Position numbers and translations under genes: made by a program
Notes under the pieces: model-generated
Database searches by the model: none
Seen by the model: the letters and a program-made list of their open reading frames with translations, nothing else
Told to the model about the DNA's origin: nothing
In this document: piece after piece, positions 19,100-27,992 of the stretch
Numbering within the stretch: the stretch's first letter is position 1
Layout: every line of letters begins with the position of its first letter
Origin: Candidatus Omnitrophota bacterium
GTDB lineage: Bacteria; Omnitrophota; Gorgyraeia; Gygaellales; Profunditerraquicolaceae
DNA: 64,000 nucleotides
Assembly (NCBI GenBank): GCA_035402765.1
Contig: DAONDX010000002.1
Span: 1,173 to 65,172 of the forward strand
Reading direction: 5' to 3'

Positions 19100-20386
19100 T
19101 TAAATCTCATTACTTTTAAAAACCATCGCCAATTTCTGCGCGCTGGGTCTGATCGTACGTTTATAATTCTGATAATCCACATGCACCAGGCCAAAGCGCG
19201 GAGTGAATCCTTTATCCCATTCAAAGTTATCAAGCAGGGACCAATAAATATACCCGATAACCCTCACCCCCTGGTTGATCGCCCGGTGCACAGCCGCCAG
19301 GTGCTGACGGATATAATCCCATCTTAAACCGTCATCCTCAGTACAAATGCCATTTTCAGTAATTAAAATAGGCAGGTTATACCGCTTAAGCCCGATCAGC
19401 AGCTTATACAACCCTTCCGGATAGATATCCCAGCCTAATGAATTTTTACTTAAAGGATGGTGATTATGCTGGCAGGTTTGTGCCGCTAAATTATTAATGC
19501 TCCAATTTTGCACATCCACCAGGTTACGGCTGTAATAATTTACTCCGATATAATCCAAGGTTTTTTTACGGGCAATCTTATCGATAAAATAAAAATTATA
19601 AAATTTATTCCGCAAAAAAACAGCAAATTTATTTTTTAAGGTAGGCTGGCAGATCTCAAATGCCTGTAAATTGGCCGCGATACTCACCATCGGTTCGGCG
19701 AGACCTTTTTTTCGGTAAATCTTATGGATAACCCGGTAAGCCTGAATATGCGCTTGGGCTAAATTCAGGGTTACTTTAACCGTCTTGAATAATGAACGCT
19801 CTTGCGGTGGCCAATTACCCAGAAAAAAAGAATGCGAAGAATAAACCAACGGCTCATTAATCGTAACCCAGAATTTTACCTGACCGGCAAATTCCGTAAC
19901 TATTTTATCCACAAAACGTAAGAAATATTTTTGAGTTTTAAGTTTGGCCCAGCCGCCTTTTTGGCTAAACCAGACAGGATTGGTAAAATGGTGCAGGGTA
20001 ACCACCGGCTCAATTCCCCGGTTCTTTAAATCGGCGATAATTTTACGGTAGTGCTCGATCTCTAAAGCCTGGAACTTCCCCTCCTCAGGCTCAACCCGGC
20101 TCCATTCTATGGAAAAACGATGGCAGTTATGGTTAAGCTGCTGGGCAATTGCGAAATCTTCTGCGTAAAGATCATAATGCTTGCAACTTGCGCAGGAAGG
20201 TTCTTTAATCAGATGCGCTGCTTCAGCTTGCCACCAGTCATTATAAATGTTCTGGCCCTCAACCTGATGTGCGGCGGTTGCCGCGCCCCAAAGAAAGTCT
20301 TGCGGAAATTTTTCCATATCGGGTAATATTATAGCACCCAGAAAAAGAAAATCCCAACATAAAATGCTGGGATCTTCTTTAATCAA
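19100..20386 (-). CDS. Glycoside hydrolase family 1 beta-glucosidase
   Basis: TLHHFTNP... acid/base NEP region and nucleophile motif ITENG. Confidence 0.8.
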   Translation of the reverse strand: MIKEDPSILCWDFLFLGAIILPDMEKFPQDFLWGAATAAHQVEGQNIYNDWWQAEAAHLIKEPSCASCKHYDLYAEDFAIAQQLNHNCHRFSIEWSRVEPEEGKFQALEIEHYRKIIADLKNRGIEPVVTLHHFTNPVWFSQKGGWAKLKTQKYFLRFVDKIVTEFAGQVKFWVTINEPLVYSSHSFFLGNWPPQERSLFKTVKVTLNLAQAHIQAYRVIHKIYRKKGLAEPMVSIAANLQAFEICQPTLKNKFAVFLRNKFYNFYFIDKIARKKTLDYIGVNYYSRNLVDVQNWSINNLAAQTCQHNHHPLSKNSLGWDIYPEGLYKLLIGLKRYNLPILITENGICTEDDGLRWDYIRQHLAAVHRAINQGVRVIGYIYWSLLDNFEWDKGFTPRFGLVHVDYQNYKRTIRPSAQKLAMVFKSNEI

Positions 20387-20413
20387 CCTGCTTTAAAAAT
20401 TAAAACTTTCTGA

Positions 20414-20860
20414 CTATCGTTTAGTCGGCTCAACTGATGCGATGGAATACCTGCTCATCACTTCCCAGGTTTTCGGACCAACTTTACCATCAACTTTTAA
20501 ATTATTTGCCTTCTGAAAATCTTCGATTGCCTTTTTGCTCTTCGGGCCGATCTTCCCGTCAATATTACCCGCATAGAAACCGGCGTTCTTTAAAGCCGTC
20601 TGAATCTCAATACCTGTAGGCTTATAAGGGCCTTGGGGCGGCAAAGGTAATACTTCCTTAGCCGGAGCAATTGCGCTACCGGTAGTTAAAATTTTAGTTT
20701 CCGGAGCCTTTAAATCCGGGGCAGCTTGAATAGGCCCACCCACCGCGCTTAAAGATTCCATGGTAATCGGCTGTAACTCCTCCATTTCCTGCTTTTTACT
20801 GCAACCCGACAATGCCACCAAAGTCAAAAATACTATTCCTAAACTTAATAACCTCTTCAT
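20414..20860 (-). CDS. Lipoprotein with a C-terminal peptidoglycan-binding (PG_binding_1-like) domain; start probably MKRLLSLGIVFLTLVALSGC
   Basis: Lipobox; ALKNAGFYAGNIDGKIGPKSKKAIEDFQKANNLKVDGKVGPKTWEVM. Confidence 0.55.
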   Translation of the reverse strand: MKRLLSLGIVFLTLVALSGCSKKQEMEELQPITMESLSAVGGPIQAAPDLKAPETKILTTGSAIAPAKEVLPLPPQGPYKPTGIEIQTALKNAGFYAGNIDGKIGPKSKKAIEDFQKANNLKVDGKVGPKTWEVMSRYSIASVEPTKR

Positions 20861-20940
20861 GCCCATCTCCTCTCTATATAATTTATTAAACCGATTATTA
20901 TGACGTTTAATTATTTTTAATTGCCGGTATCTGTTCACCT

Positions 20941-20961
20941 CCCTGCCTGCCGGCCGGCAGG
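20941..20961. repeat. GC-rich perfect palindrome CCTGCCTGCCGGCCGGCAGGC between two minus-strand genes
   Basis: Seen directly. The T-run orientation does not match the minus-strand genes, so the function is unclear. Confidence 0.3.
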
Positions 20962-21111
20962 CTTATTATTAATAATTTTAGCAAAATACCAAAATAAAGC
21001 AAATAAAATCTGAACACCTGAAGTTTTTCTCTAGAGTGAGATCCCGCGCAGCCTATGACCAGGCAGGATTAATCATACATCATTTTAAAACCAGCGGCCA
21101 AAAATTATTCC

Positions 21112-22305
21112 TCATAACTTTTTTAATCCCGGGAACAAAAAATTGATCAAGCTAAATAATGCCAGGCAGATTAAACCGCAGACAAAAAGAGCCGCCGACA
21201 CCCCCCAGGATTGTGCCAGCGCTCCGGAAATCAAATTACCAAATGGCACAAACCCGGCAAAAGTAATCATGAATAAACCCATTACCCTGCCGCGAAATTC
21301 ATCCGGAACATTAATTTGCAGCAGTGTATTCACCAAAGCTACCGGTACAACGCTAGCGCTACCGACAAGAATCAAGGTGACAATCGACAAGAAATAGCTT
21401 TTAGACAGTGAAAATGCGATCAGGGATATCGAGAATAAAAATACCGACCAAACTAAAAACCTGCCCTTAAATTTAAAATTACCTAATTTCGCCAGACCTA
21501 AAGCCCCGGCCAGCGCCCCGATTCCGGTGCTGGACATCAACACTCCCAGACCCCCTACCCCCGCGCCCAAAACCTGGCTGACAAAAACCGGCATCAATAT
21601 AATATAAGAAATACCGAAAAGGCTCATGGCGGCCACGACACTCATTAAAGCTAAAATAATAGGTTTACGGCTGACAAAAGCCAACCCCGCGGAAATATCC
21701 TGAAGAGCAGAATTATTATTACGCGCCGGGCCGGGGGCGAGTTTAATATAAAAAAGCGCGATAATTACCGCCAAAAAACTAACTCCATTTAAATAAAAAC
21801 ACCCGCTCATCCCGGTAATTGAGATCAGTACTCCGGCGATCGCCGGGCCGATGATCCGCGAAGAATTAAAAGCTACTGAATTTAAGGCGATGGCATTGAA
21901 TAAATATTCTTTGCCGACCAATTCCACCACGATCGATTGCCTGGCCGGAGAATCAAAAGCCATGATTACCCCGTTAAACAAAGCAATAAACATGATCTGC
22001 ATCGGCGTAATAAATTTAAACTGCGTAAGTACCGCTAATAAAAAAGCCGCCAGCATAAAAGCAATCTGAGTAAAGATAAGTATGTTTCTTTTATTCATTC
22101 TATCCGCCAGAACCCCTCCGAATAAAGAAAATATAAATATCGGAAGCGAACCTAAAAATCCCACCACCCCCAGAAGAAAAGCGGAGTTGGTCAGCTGGAA
22201 TACCAGCCAGCTCTGCGCCACAGTTTGTATCCAAGTGCCGATCAAAGACACAAACATGCCGAACCAATATATACGGAAATATTTAACTTTTAACGAAGAA
22301 AACAT
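21112..22305 (-). CDS. MFS transporter
   Basis: 12 TM helices; MFS-like. Confidence 0.65.
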   Translation of the reverse strand: MFSSLKVKYFRIYWFGMFVSLIGTWIQTVAQSWLVFQLTNSAFLLGVVGFLGSLPIFIFSLFGGVLADRMNKRNILIFTQIAFMLAAFLLAVLTQFKFITPMQIMFIALFNGVIMAFDSPARQSIVVELVGKEYLFNAIALNSVAFNSSRIIGPAIAGVLISITGMSGCFYLNGVSFLAVIIALFYIKLAPGPARNNNSALQDISAGLAFVSRKPIILALMSVVAAMSLFGISYIILMPVFVSQVLGAGVGGLGVLMSSTGIGALAGALGLAKLGNFKFKGRFLVWSVFLFSISLIAFSLSKSYFLSIVTLILVGSASVVPVALVNTLLQINVPDEFRGRVMGLFMITFAGFVPFGNLISGALAQSWGVSAALFVCGLICLALFSLINFLFPGLKKL

Positions 22306-22317
22306 AGTTAAAACTTT

Positions 22318-22770
22318 TTAGGCAGGAGTATTCAGCCTCTCTCTTACTAAATCGCTGACCAATTTTCCGTCAGCTTGACCGGCGATCTTTATCGTCAGCT
22401 CTTTCATCAAACGCCCCATATCTTTCATTCCGCTAGCGCCGGTTGCCGCGACCGCTTCTTCGATCAAAATTTTAATCTGCTCCGCCGATAATTCCGCCGG
22501 CAGATAACTTTTCAGGATCTCCAATTCTTTCTTCTCTTTTTCTGCCGCCTCCAGCCTGCCGCCGCTGGTAAACTGCTCAATAGAATCCTGCCGCTGTTTG
22601 ACTTGCTTTTTAATGACCGCGATAACTTCCGGATCATCTAACTTATCTTTTTTCTTAGCGGTAGCCTGATTAAGCATATCCGCGCGTAAAAAACTCAAAA
22701 CGGAAACTTTTAAAGCATCATGCGCTTTCATTGCCTCTTTATAATCATTAAAAATTTTTTCTACCAGCAT
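22318..22770 (-). CDS. GatB/YqeY domain protein
   Basis: YqeY-like helical domain, ~150 aa. Confidence 0.65.
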   Translation of the reverse strand: MLVEKIFNDYKEAMKAHDALKVSVLSFLRADMLNQATAKKKDKLDDPEVIAVIKKQVKQRQDSIEQFTSGGRLEAAEKEKKELEILKSYLPAELSAEQIKILIEEAVAATGASGMKDMGRLMKELTIKIAGQADGKLVSDLVRERLNTPA

Positions 22771-22796
22771 GCTCTTTCTCCTTCCTGTTTAGAAAA

Positions 22797-23699
22797 TCAA
22801 AACGAAAAACAGTTCTTGAATTTAGTTAAACGCTGCTCTAAATCGCTCCGGGTAAGTTTGCTTGTTCTGTGCAGGCCGAAGTCTTCCACATTAAAAGAAG
22901 CCGCCACTGTTCCATAAGCTAAAGCTTTCTTGATCGTCAAAGGATTGACTTTACGGGCATAAGCCAGATAACCCATAAACCCGCCGGCAAAAGTATCTCC
23001 GGCTCCGGTTGGGTCAATTACCTTTTCTACCGGATAAGCCGGAAGTGAAAAAATAAATTTTTTATTATAAAATAAAACTCCGTGCTCCCCCTTTTTTATC
23101 AAAACCATCCCGGGGCCTAAAGCACACAGGGATTTGGCGGCTTTAATCAAATTGCTTTCTCCGCTTAAAGCGCGCGCCTCCTGATCGTTAGCTACATAAA
23201 TATCTACATATTTAAGCAGCTTGATCAACTCTTTACGTTTAGTATTAATCCAGTAATTCATGCTATCTAAACCCACTAACTTTGGAGCATGCATCTTGGC
23301 TAAAAGATGCCTTTGAATGTCCGGATCGACATTCGCTAAAAATATGTTTTCAATTTTACGCTGCTCTTCGGAGACCTGGGGCTTAAACACGGACAATACT
23401 CCCAGTTGAGTGTTTAAAGTCAGCGCGGAATTCAAATCCCCTTCATACCGGCCTTCCCATCTGAAAGTTTTACCGCCTTTATCTACGATCAAAGAACTAA
23501 GATTCAGCCCTTTGGCCTTTAAAAATGTAATATGCTTTTTTGGAAAATCCGCCCCTACGATAGCAATTAAATTCACTCCGGTAAAAAGCCGGGCGGCCAT
23601 TGAAAAATGCGCCGCAGATCCTCCCAGCAACTCCTGGCGCCGTCCAAAAGGAGTTCTAACACTATCTAAAGCAACGGTACCTAGAACGATAAGGCTCAT
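22797..23699 (-). CDS. PfkB-family carbohydrate kinase (ribokinase-like)
   Basis: DPTGAGDTFAGGF signature. Confidence 0.75.
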   Translation of the reverse strand: MSLIVLGTVALDSVRTPFGRRQELLGGSAAHFSMAARLFTGVNLIAIVGADFPKKHITFLKAKGLNLSSLIVDKGGKTFRWEGRYEGDLNSALTLNTQLGVLSVFKPQVSEEQRKIENIFLANVDPDIQRHLLAKMHAPKLVGLDSMNYWINTKRKELIKLLKYVDIYVANDQEARALSGESNLIKAAKSLCALGPGMVLIKKGEHGVLFYNKKFIFSLPAYPVEKVIDPTGAGDTFAGGFMGYLAYARKVNPLTIKKALAYGTVAASFNVEDFGLHRTSKLTRSDLEQRLTKFKNCFSF

Positions 23700-23708
23700 A
23701 TTCCTCCT

Positions 23709-24479
23709 TTATTTAATAACAAACCAAAATGCCAAAGCGATAATTATCCGGTAAACTCCGAAAGAAATAAAACTGTGGCGTTTGATAAAAACCAGCAAAA
23801 ACTTAATCGCCAGGATCGCCACTAAAAACGAAATAATAAAACCAACTCCCAAGGCAACAAATTGTCCACCCTTAAAATCTTGTGCGCTTTTAAAAAGATC
23901 CCAGGCGCAAGCCGCAAGCATAGTCGGGACCGCCAGAAGAAATGAGAATTCTACAATCGTTTTTCGCTTTAACCCGACCACCAGCCCTCCGATAATCGTA
24001 GCCGCGGACCGGGAGACTCCCGGAATCACCGCTAGCCCCTGGAATAAACCGATCGCCAACGCTTGTTGATAAGAAATAGCCGAAGTCTCTTCCACCGCTT
24101 CTTGTTTCTGGCGGTAGCAGAGTTCGAATATGATCAAAAATAAACCGCCGATAAACAGTGACCAAAGCACAACCTGGTTATTACCTAAAAGATATCTTTT
24201 GATTGTTTTATACAAGAGAAATCCAATCACCGCCGCGGGCATAAAAGCCACCAATAGCCTTTTCCACATTTTACTGCCACTGGCCAATTTATCCCAGTAA
24301 ACCACTACCACCGAAAGTATCGCTCCCAATTGAATAGCAATTTCAAAACTTTTGATAAATTCCGACTGGTTGATTTGGAGAAGTTTGGCCGTTAACATCA
24401 AATGACCGGTTGAGGAAATCGGTAAAAACTCCGTAATCCCCTCAACTATACCAAAGATCAAAACCTGGAACATATTCAT
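23709..24479 (-). CDS. uppP: Undecaprenyl-diphosphatase
   Basis: GITEFLPISSTGHLML. Confidence 0.85.
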   Translation of the reverse strand: MNMFQVLIFGIVEGITEFLPISSTGHLMLTAKLLQINQSEFIKSFEIAIQLGAILSVVVVYWDKLASGSKMWKRLLVAFMPAAVIGFLLYKTIKRYLLGNNQVVLWSLFIGGLFLIIFELCYRQKQEAVEETSAISYQQALAIGLFQGLAVIPGVSRSAATIIGGLVVGLKRKTIVEFSFLLAVPTMLAACAWDLFKSAQDFKGGQFVALGVGFIISFLVAILAIKFLLVFIKRHSFISFGVYRIIIALAFWFVIK

Positions 24480-24488
24480 CGGGCTTCC

Positions 24489-25118
24489 TTAAGATTGATG
24501 GTCATCAAGAAACTTCTGCATATCCGCAGGCAAAGGAGACTGGATTACCATTACCTTTGCGGTTTGCGGATGTTTAAATTCTAAATATTTGGCGTGCAGG
24601 CAAAGACGCTTGGCCCGCAAAGTAAAATCTTTGCGGAAAGCAAATTTATCTTCGCCCACCAAAGGATGCTGGATATGTTTAAAATGGATGCGTATCTGGT
24701 TCGTCCTGCCGGTAACCGGGGAAACTTCGACCACGCTGTAATTGCTTCTTTCCTGAATAACCCGGTATTTAGTCAGGGCGTTTTTTCCTTCAATTGCCCA
24801 GTTAATCACCCCTTGTGGCTGCGGAAATTTTCCATGCACAAAAGCAATATATTGTTTACTCACCAATCTATCCCTAAAAGCGCCGGCCAGCTTTTCCTCA
24901 ATGCTTCTGCTTTTAGCATAAATCAAAAGTCCCGAGGTTTCCCGGTCCAGGCGGTGGCAAGGGTAGAGATGATATTCTAAACCGCGCTCACGGGCATCCT
25001 GATTTAAAATGCTGGTCAGGGTACGCGCCTCATGTTTGGGGGTAGGAACACTTAACAAGCCCGCCGGCTTATCCACGATTAACAGCCAATCATCTTCAAA
25101 AATAATCGGAATATTCAC
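24489..25118 (-). CDS. RluA-family pseudouridine synthase; GTG start
   Basis: HRLDRETSGLLIYAKS catalytic-Asp motif. Confidence 0.8.
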   Translation of the reverse strand: MNIPIIFEDDWLLIVDKPAGLLSVPTPKHEARTLTSILNQDARERGLEYHLYPCHRLDRETSGLLIYAKSRSIEEKLAGAFRDRLVSKQYIAFVHGKFPQPQGVINWAIEGKNALTKYRVIQERSNYSVVEVSPVTGRTNQIRIHFKHIQHPLVGEDKFAFRKDFTLRAKRLCLHAKYLEFKHPQTAKVMVIQSPLPADMQKFLDDHQS

Positions 25119-25193
25119 CCCGTACCTTCTTTCTTAATTCGATCTATAAACCGTATGACTTTAATATTTTGTATTTAGAAGGTGCGGAGTTCA
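25119..25193 (-). repeat. Intercistronic element copy 3 (75 nt), nadA stop to rluA-like GTG
   Basis: Minus strand: TGA actCCGCACCTTCT...GGTTTATAGATCGAATTAAGAAAGAAGGTACGGGgtg. Confidence 0.7.
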
Positions 25194-26120
25194 TCACACA
25201 ATCTTGAGCATGCGGTCAATCGCCAGGCGCGCTTTTTTCCTAATTTCATCAGAAACCCTGACTTCTTCCTTAAGTTCTTCTAAGGCCCAAAGTACTTTTT
25301 CCTGCGTCGTACGTTTCATATTCGGGCACACCGCACGTTCGCTGGCTAAATAAAATTCCTTACTCGGGTTATCCTGTTTAAGCCGATAGATCAACCCGGA
25401 CTCCGTACCGACAATAAATTCTTTGGTTGGATCTTCTTTAACAATTTTGCCCATCTGGCTGGTAGAAAGCACCAGATCAGCTTGCGCCACAACCGCAGCC
25501 AGGCATTCCGGATGCACCATAACCTTGGCTTGAGGATGGAATTTTTTCTCCCGCTTTAAATCTTCAGGCAATATTTTAACATGAGTAGGACAAAACCCAT
25601 GCCAAGTGATTAGTTTTCTACCGGTCTTTTTGGAAACATAATCCGCCAGGTATTTATCCGGGACAAAAATTATTTCTTTCTCATTTTTTAGCGCGTTAAT
25701 GATCGCCACCGCATTAGTAGAAGTACAGCAATAATCAAGTTCAGCTTTAACTGCCGCCGAAGTATTTACATAACCCACCGCCACAGCACCGGGATGTTCT
25801 TGTTTAAGCTTCTTTAAATCATCAGCGCTCAGCATATTCGCCATCGGGCAACCCGCGGAAGCATCCGGCATAAGCACTAATTTATCCGGAGAAAGGATGG
25901 AAGCGGTCTCCGCCATAAAATAGACTCCGCAAAAAACAATTACTTTGGCGTCAGTCTTAGCGGCAATCCGGGAAAGCTCCAAAGAATCTCCGCGAAAATC
26001 CGCGATGTCCTGCACCTCCGGCAATTGATAGTTATGCGCCAGAATAATGGCATTATGTTTCTTTTTTAGTTCTTTAATTCCAGAAACTATTTTCTTATCT
26101 TCCTTGATCATTTTAATCAA
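25194..26120 (-). CDS. nadA: Quinolinate synthase
   Basis: NadA family; three-domain repeat; conserved Cys. Confidence 0.85.
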   Translation of the reverse strand: MIKMIKEDKKIVSGIKELKKKHNAIILAHNYQLPEVQDIADFRGDSLELSRIAAKTDAKVIVFCGVYFMAETASILSPDKLVLMPDASAGCPMANMLSADDLKKLKQEHPGAVAVGYVNTSAAVKAELDYCCTSTNAVAIINALKNEKEIIFVPDKYLADYVSKKTGRKLITWHGFCPTHVKILPEDLKREKKFHPQAKVMVHPECLAAVVAQADLVLSTSQMGKIVKEDPTKEFIVGTESGLIYRLKQDNPSKEFYLASERAVCPNMKRTTQEKVLWALEELKEEVRVSDEIRKKARLAIDRMLKIV

Positions 26121-27189
26121 TAACCTTTTGGATTATTCCTCCGCCTAGACATAAATCTTGATTGTAGAAAACTGCAGATTGACCGGGAGTTATAGCAAAC
26201 TGCGGCTGTTTAAAAACAACCCGCATCTTACTTTTGCCGGGATAAACTGTTGCGCGGGCCTCTTGATGATTATAACGTATCCGAACCTTAATCTCAATCT
26301 TCTTTTTAGGGATTTCCCCCAAAAAATGAACCGCGTTCATAATAAATTCGCTTTTATAAGCCTCCGGGCGGGCGCCCAGGATAACTTGATTATTTTTGGC
26401 ATTGATCCGCGTTACATAAACAGGATATCCGGCGGCTACTCCAATTCCATGCCGCTGGCCGATAGTATAAAACGCTATCCCCTGATGCTGCCCTAAGACA
26501 TTCCCATTTTTATCAACAAACTTTCCCGGCTGAACAGGATATTGTTTTCCGGTTTTAATAAAATCGCCATACTTACCGTCAGGCAGGAAACAAATTTCCT
26601 GGCTATCTTGTTTTTCGGCCAGCTTAAGAGCGAAATTTCTGGCTAACTGCCTGACTTCCGGTTTAGTAAAATTGCCCAGCGGGAAAATTACACGTTTAAG
26701 TTGCGCCTGGTTTAGGCGATAAAGAAAATACGACTGGTCTTTTTTTAGATCCTTGGCCTTCTTGAGCAAATACCCTTGGGGGGACTTTACAATTCTGGCA
26801 TAATGGCCGGTAGCCAATAAAGGTATGCCTAAATTAACCACTTTTTTAAGTAAGCTTCCGAATTTTATAAATTGATTGCACCGCACACAAGGATTGGGCG
26901 TGTGGCCAGTTGAATACTCCTGGTAGAAATTCTGGATGACCTGGCTGGAGAATTCTTTATGAAGATTTAAAATATAATGCCGGATACCTAATTTTTGGCA
27001 GACATACCGGGCATCCTCGATCCCGGTTAAACCGCAGCAGGCAGGCTTGCGGCCGTTCTTCTCCGCCAGGTTAAAACACATCGTTAAGCCGATTACCTCA
27101 TAACCCTGCTCTTTTAACAAGGCCGCGGCTACTGAAGAATCAACCCCCCCGCTCATGGCTACGGCTACGCGCTTTTTATTTTTTTTCAT
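26113..27189 (-). CDS. mnmA: tRNA-specific 2-thiouridylase
   Basis: PP-loop AMSGGVDSSVAA; NPCVRCN catalytic Cys pair. Confidence 0.85.
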   Translation of the reverse strand: MKKNKKRVAVAMSGGVDSSVAAALLKEQGYEVIGLTMCFNLAEKNGRKPACCGLTGIEDARYVCQKLGIRHYILNLHKEFSSQVIQNFYQEYSTGHTPNPCVRCNQFIKFGSLLKKVVNLGIPLLATGHYARIVKSPQGYLLKKAKDLKKDQSYFLYRLNQAQLKRVIFPLGNFTKPEVRQLARNFALKLAEKQDSQEICFLPDGKYGDFIKTGKQYPVQPGKFVDKNGNVLGQHQGIAFYTIGQRHGIGVAAGYPVYVTRINAKNNQVILGARPEAYKSEFIMNAVHFLGEIPKKKIEIKVRIRYNHQEARATVYPGKSKMRVVFKQPQFAITPGQSAVFYNQDLCLGGGIIQKVID

Positions 27190-27212
27190 TTCCGGTAATT
27201 TTTAGTTCCAAA

Positions 27213-27249
27213 CAGAAAAGGCCCAGCTTATTCGGCCGGGCCTTTTCTG
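27213..27249. terminator. 12-bp perfect-stem hairpin CAGAAAAGGCCC/GGGCCTTTTCTG downstream of csp, likely a bidirectional terminator
   Basis: Seen directly; T-rich flanks on both sides. Confidence 0.55.
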
Positions 27250-27264
27250 TTTGTTCCTGTTAGG

Positions 27265-27465
27265 TTATAACTTCACTACTTTAGTAGCTTGTTCACCTTT
27301 GGGACCTTTTTCAATCTCAAACTCAACCTCTTGGCCCTCCTCGAGAGTTTTATAGCCATCACCCTGAATTGCAGTATGATGCACAAACACATCAGCACCG
27401 TTCTCAGGAGTAATAAAACCATAACCCTTTTGATTGGAAAACCACTTTACTTTACCCTTTGCCAT
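27265..27465 (-). CDS. Cold-shock protein, CspA family (paralog 2)
   Basis: [33 protein letters not shown]. Confidence 0.9.
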   Translation of the reverse strand: MAKGKVKWFSNQKGYGFITPENGADVFVHHTAIQGDGYKTLEEGQEVEFEIEKGPKGEQATKVVKL

Positions 27466-27518
27466 TTTCTTTACTTCCTCCTTTCCACTTAATTATAACA
27501 AACTTAAGGGAATAATTA

Positions 27519-27560
27519 ACAAAAAAACCGTAAGGCGTTTTATTCTTTCTCCTTACGGTT
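27519..27560 (-). terminator. Intrinsic terminator in the csp2 upstream region: 10-bp stem AACCGTAAGG/CCTTACGGTT, 15-nt loop, U7
   Basis: Minus-strand reading; about 70 nt downstream of promoter 27594..27622. Confidence 0.6.
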
Positions 27561-27593
27561 CAAGACTTCTACTCCCCTGCTTGCTACAAAAGA

Positions 27594-27622
27594 AATTATA
27601 TAATAATCTGACAGCTTGTCAA
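27594..27622 (-). promoter_or_regulatory. Sigma70-like promoter TTGACA-17-ATAATT, driving the short terminated transcript
   Basis: Consensus -35. A second candidate promoter with an extended -10 (TGTTATAAT) lies between the terminator and the csp2 SD. Confidence 0.45.
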
Positions 27623-27631
27623 TAAATATTA

Positions 27632-27922
27632 TTACCTTAAGACATCCACCTCTTTAAGGTTGTAATAGCCTAAAACCCCGACTTTCGCCTGGGATTTGGC
27701 GACTAGCCAATCATGATACTTATGCATAAAGCGATCGTGGTTGGCTTTTTTAACCCATTGATATACTGAAGCATACTGGTTTTTAAACCCATACCGCTTC
27801 ATCGTGCGATAAGCCAAAAAACCCGGGGCAGCTTTAGTATGCCGCGCCCACATTAAGCTGTCTTTACGGTATTTAACCACCTCTTTGGGTTTAACTTCAA
27901 ATAAAACTACATGAATAAACAT
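27632..27922 (-). CDS. Hypothetical 96-aa protein, possibly ABM/Dabb-like
   Basis: HVVLFEVKP... beta-alpha-beta start typical of the ABM fold; weak. Confidence 0.35.
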   Translation of the reverse strand: MFIHVVLFEVKPKEVVKYRKDSLMWARHTKAAPGFLAYRTMKRYGFKNQYASVYQWVKKANHDRFMHKYHDWLVAKSQAKVGVLGYYNLKEVDVLR

Positions 27923-27992
27923 ATCCCTCCTTTTGCAGTTTGATAAGTTTGTATATTATATAATATCAACCAGTTAAAATCAATCCCGGCAG

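Noticed and set aside
20941-20961. GC palindrome as the terminator of the upstream MFS gene
   Set aside because: The T-run lies on the wrong side for minus-strand transcription. I kept it only as a palindrome of unknown role.
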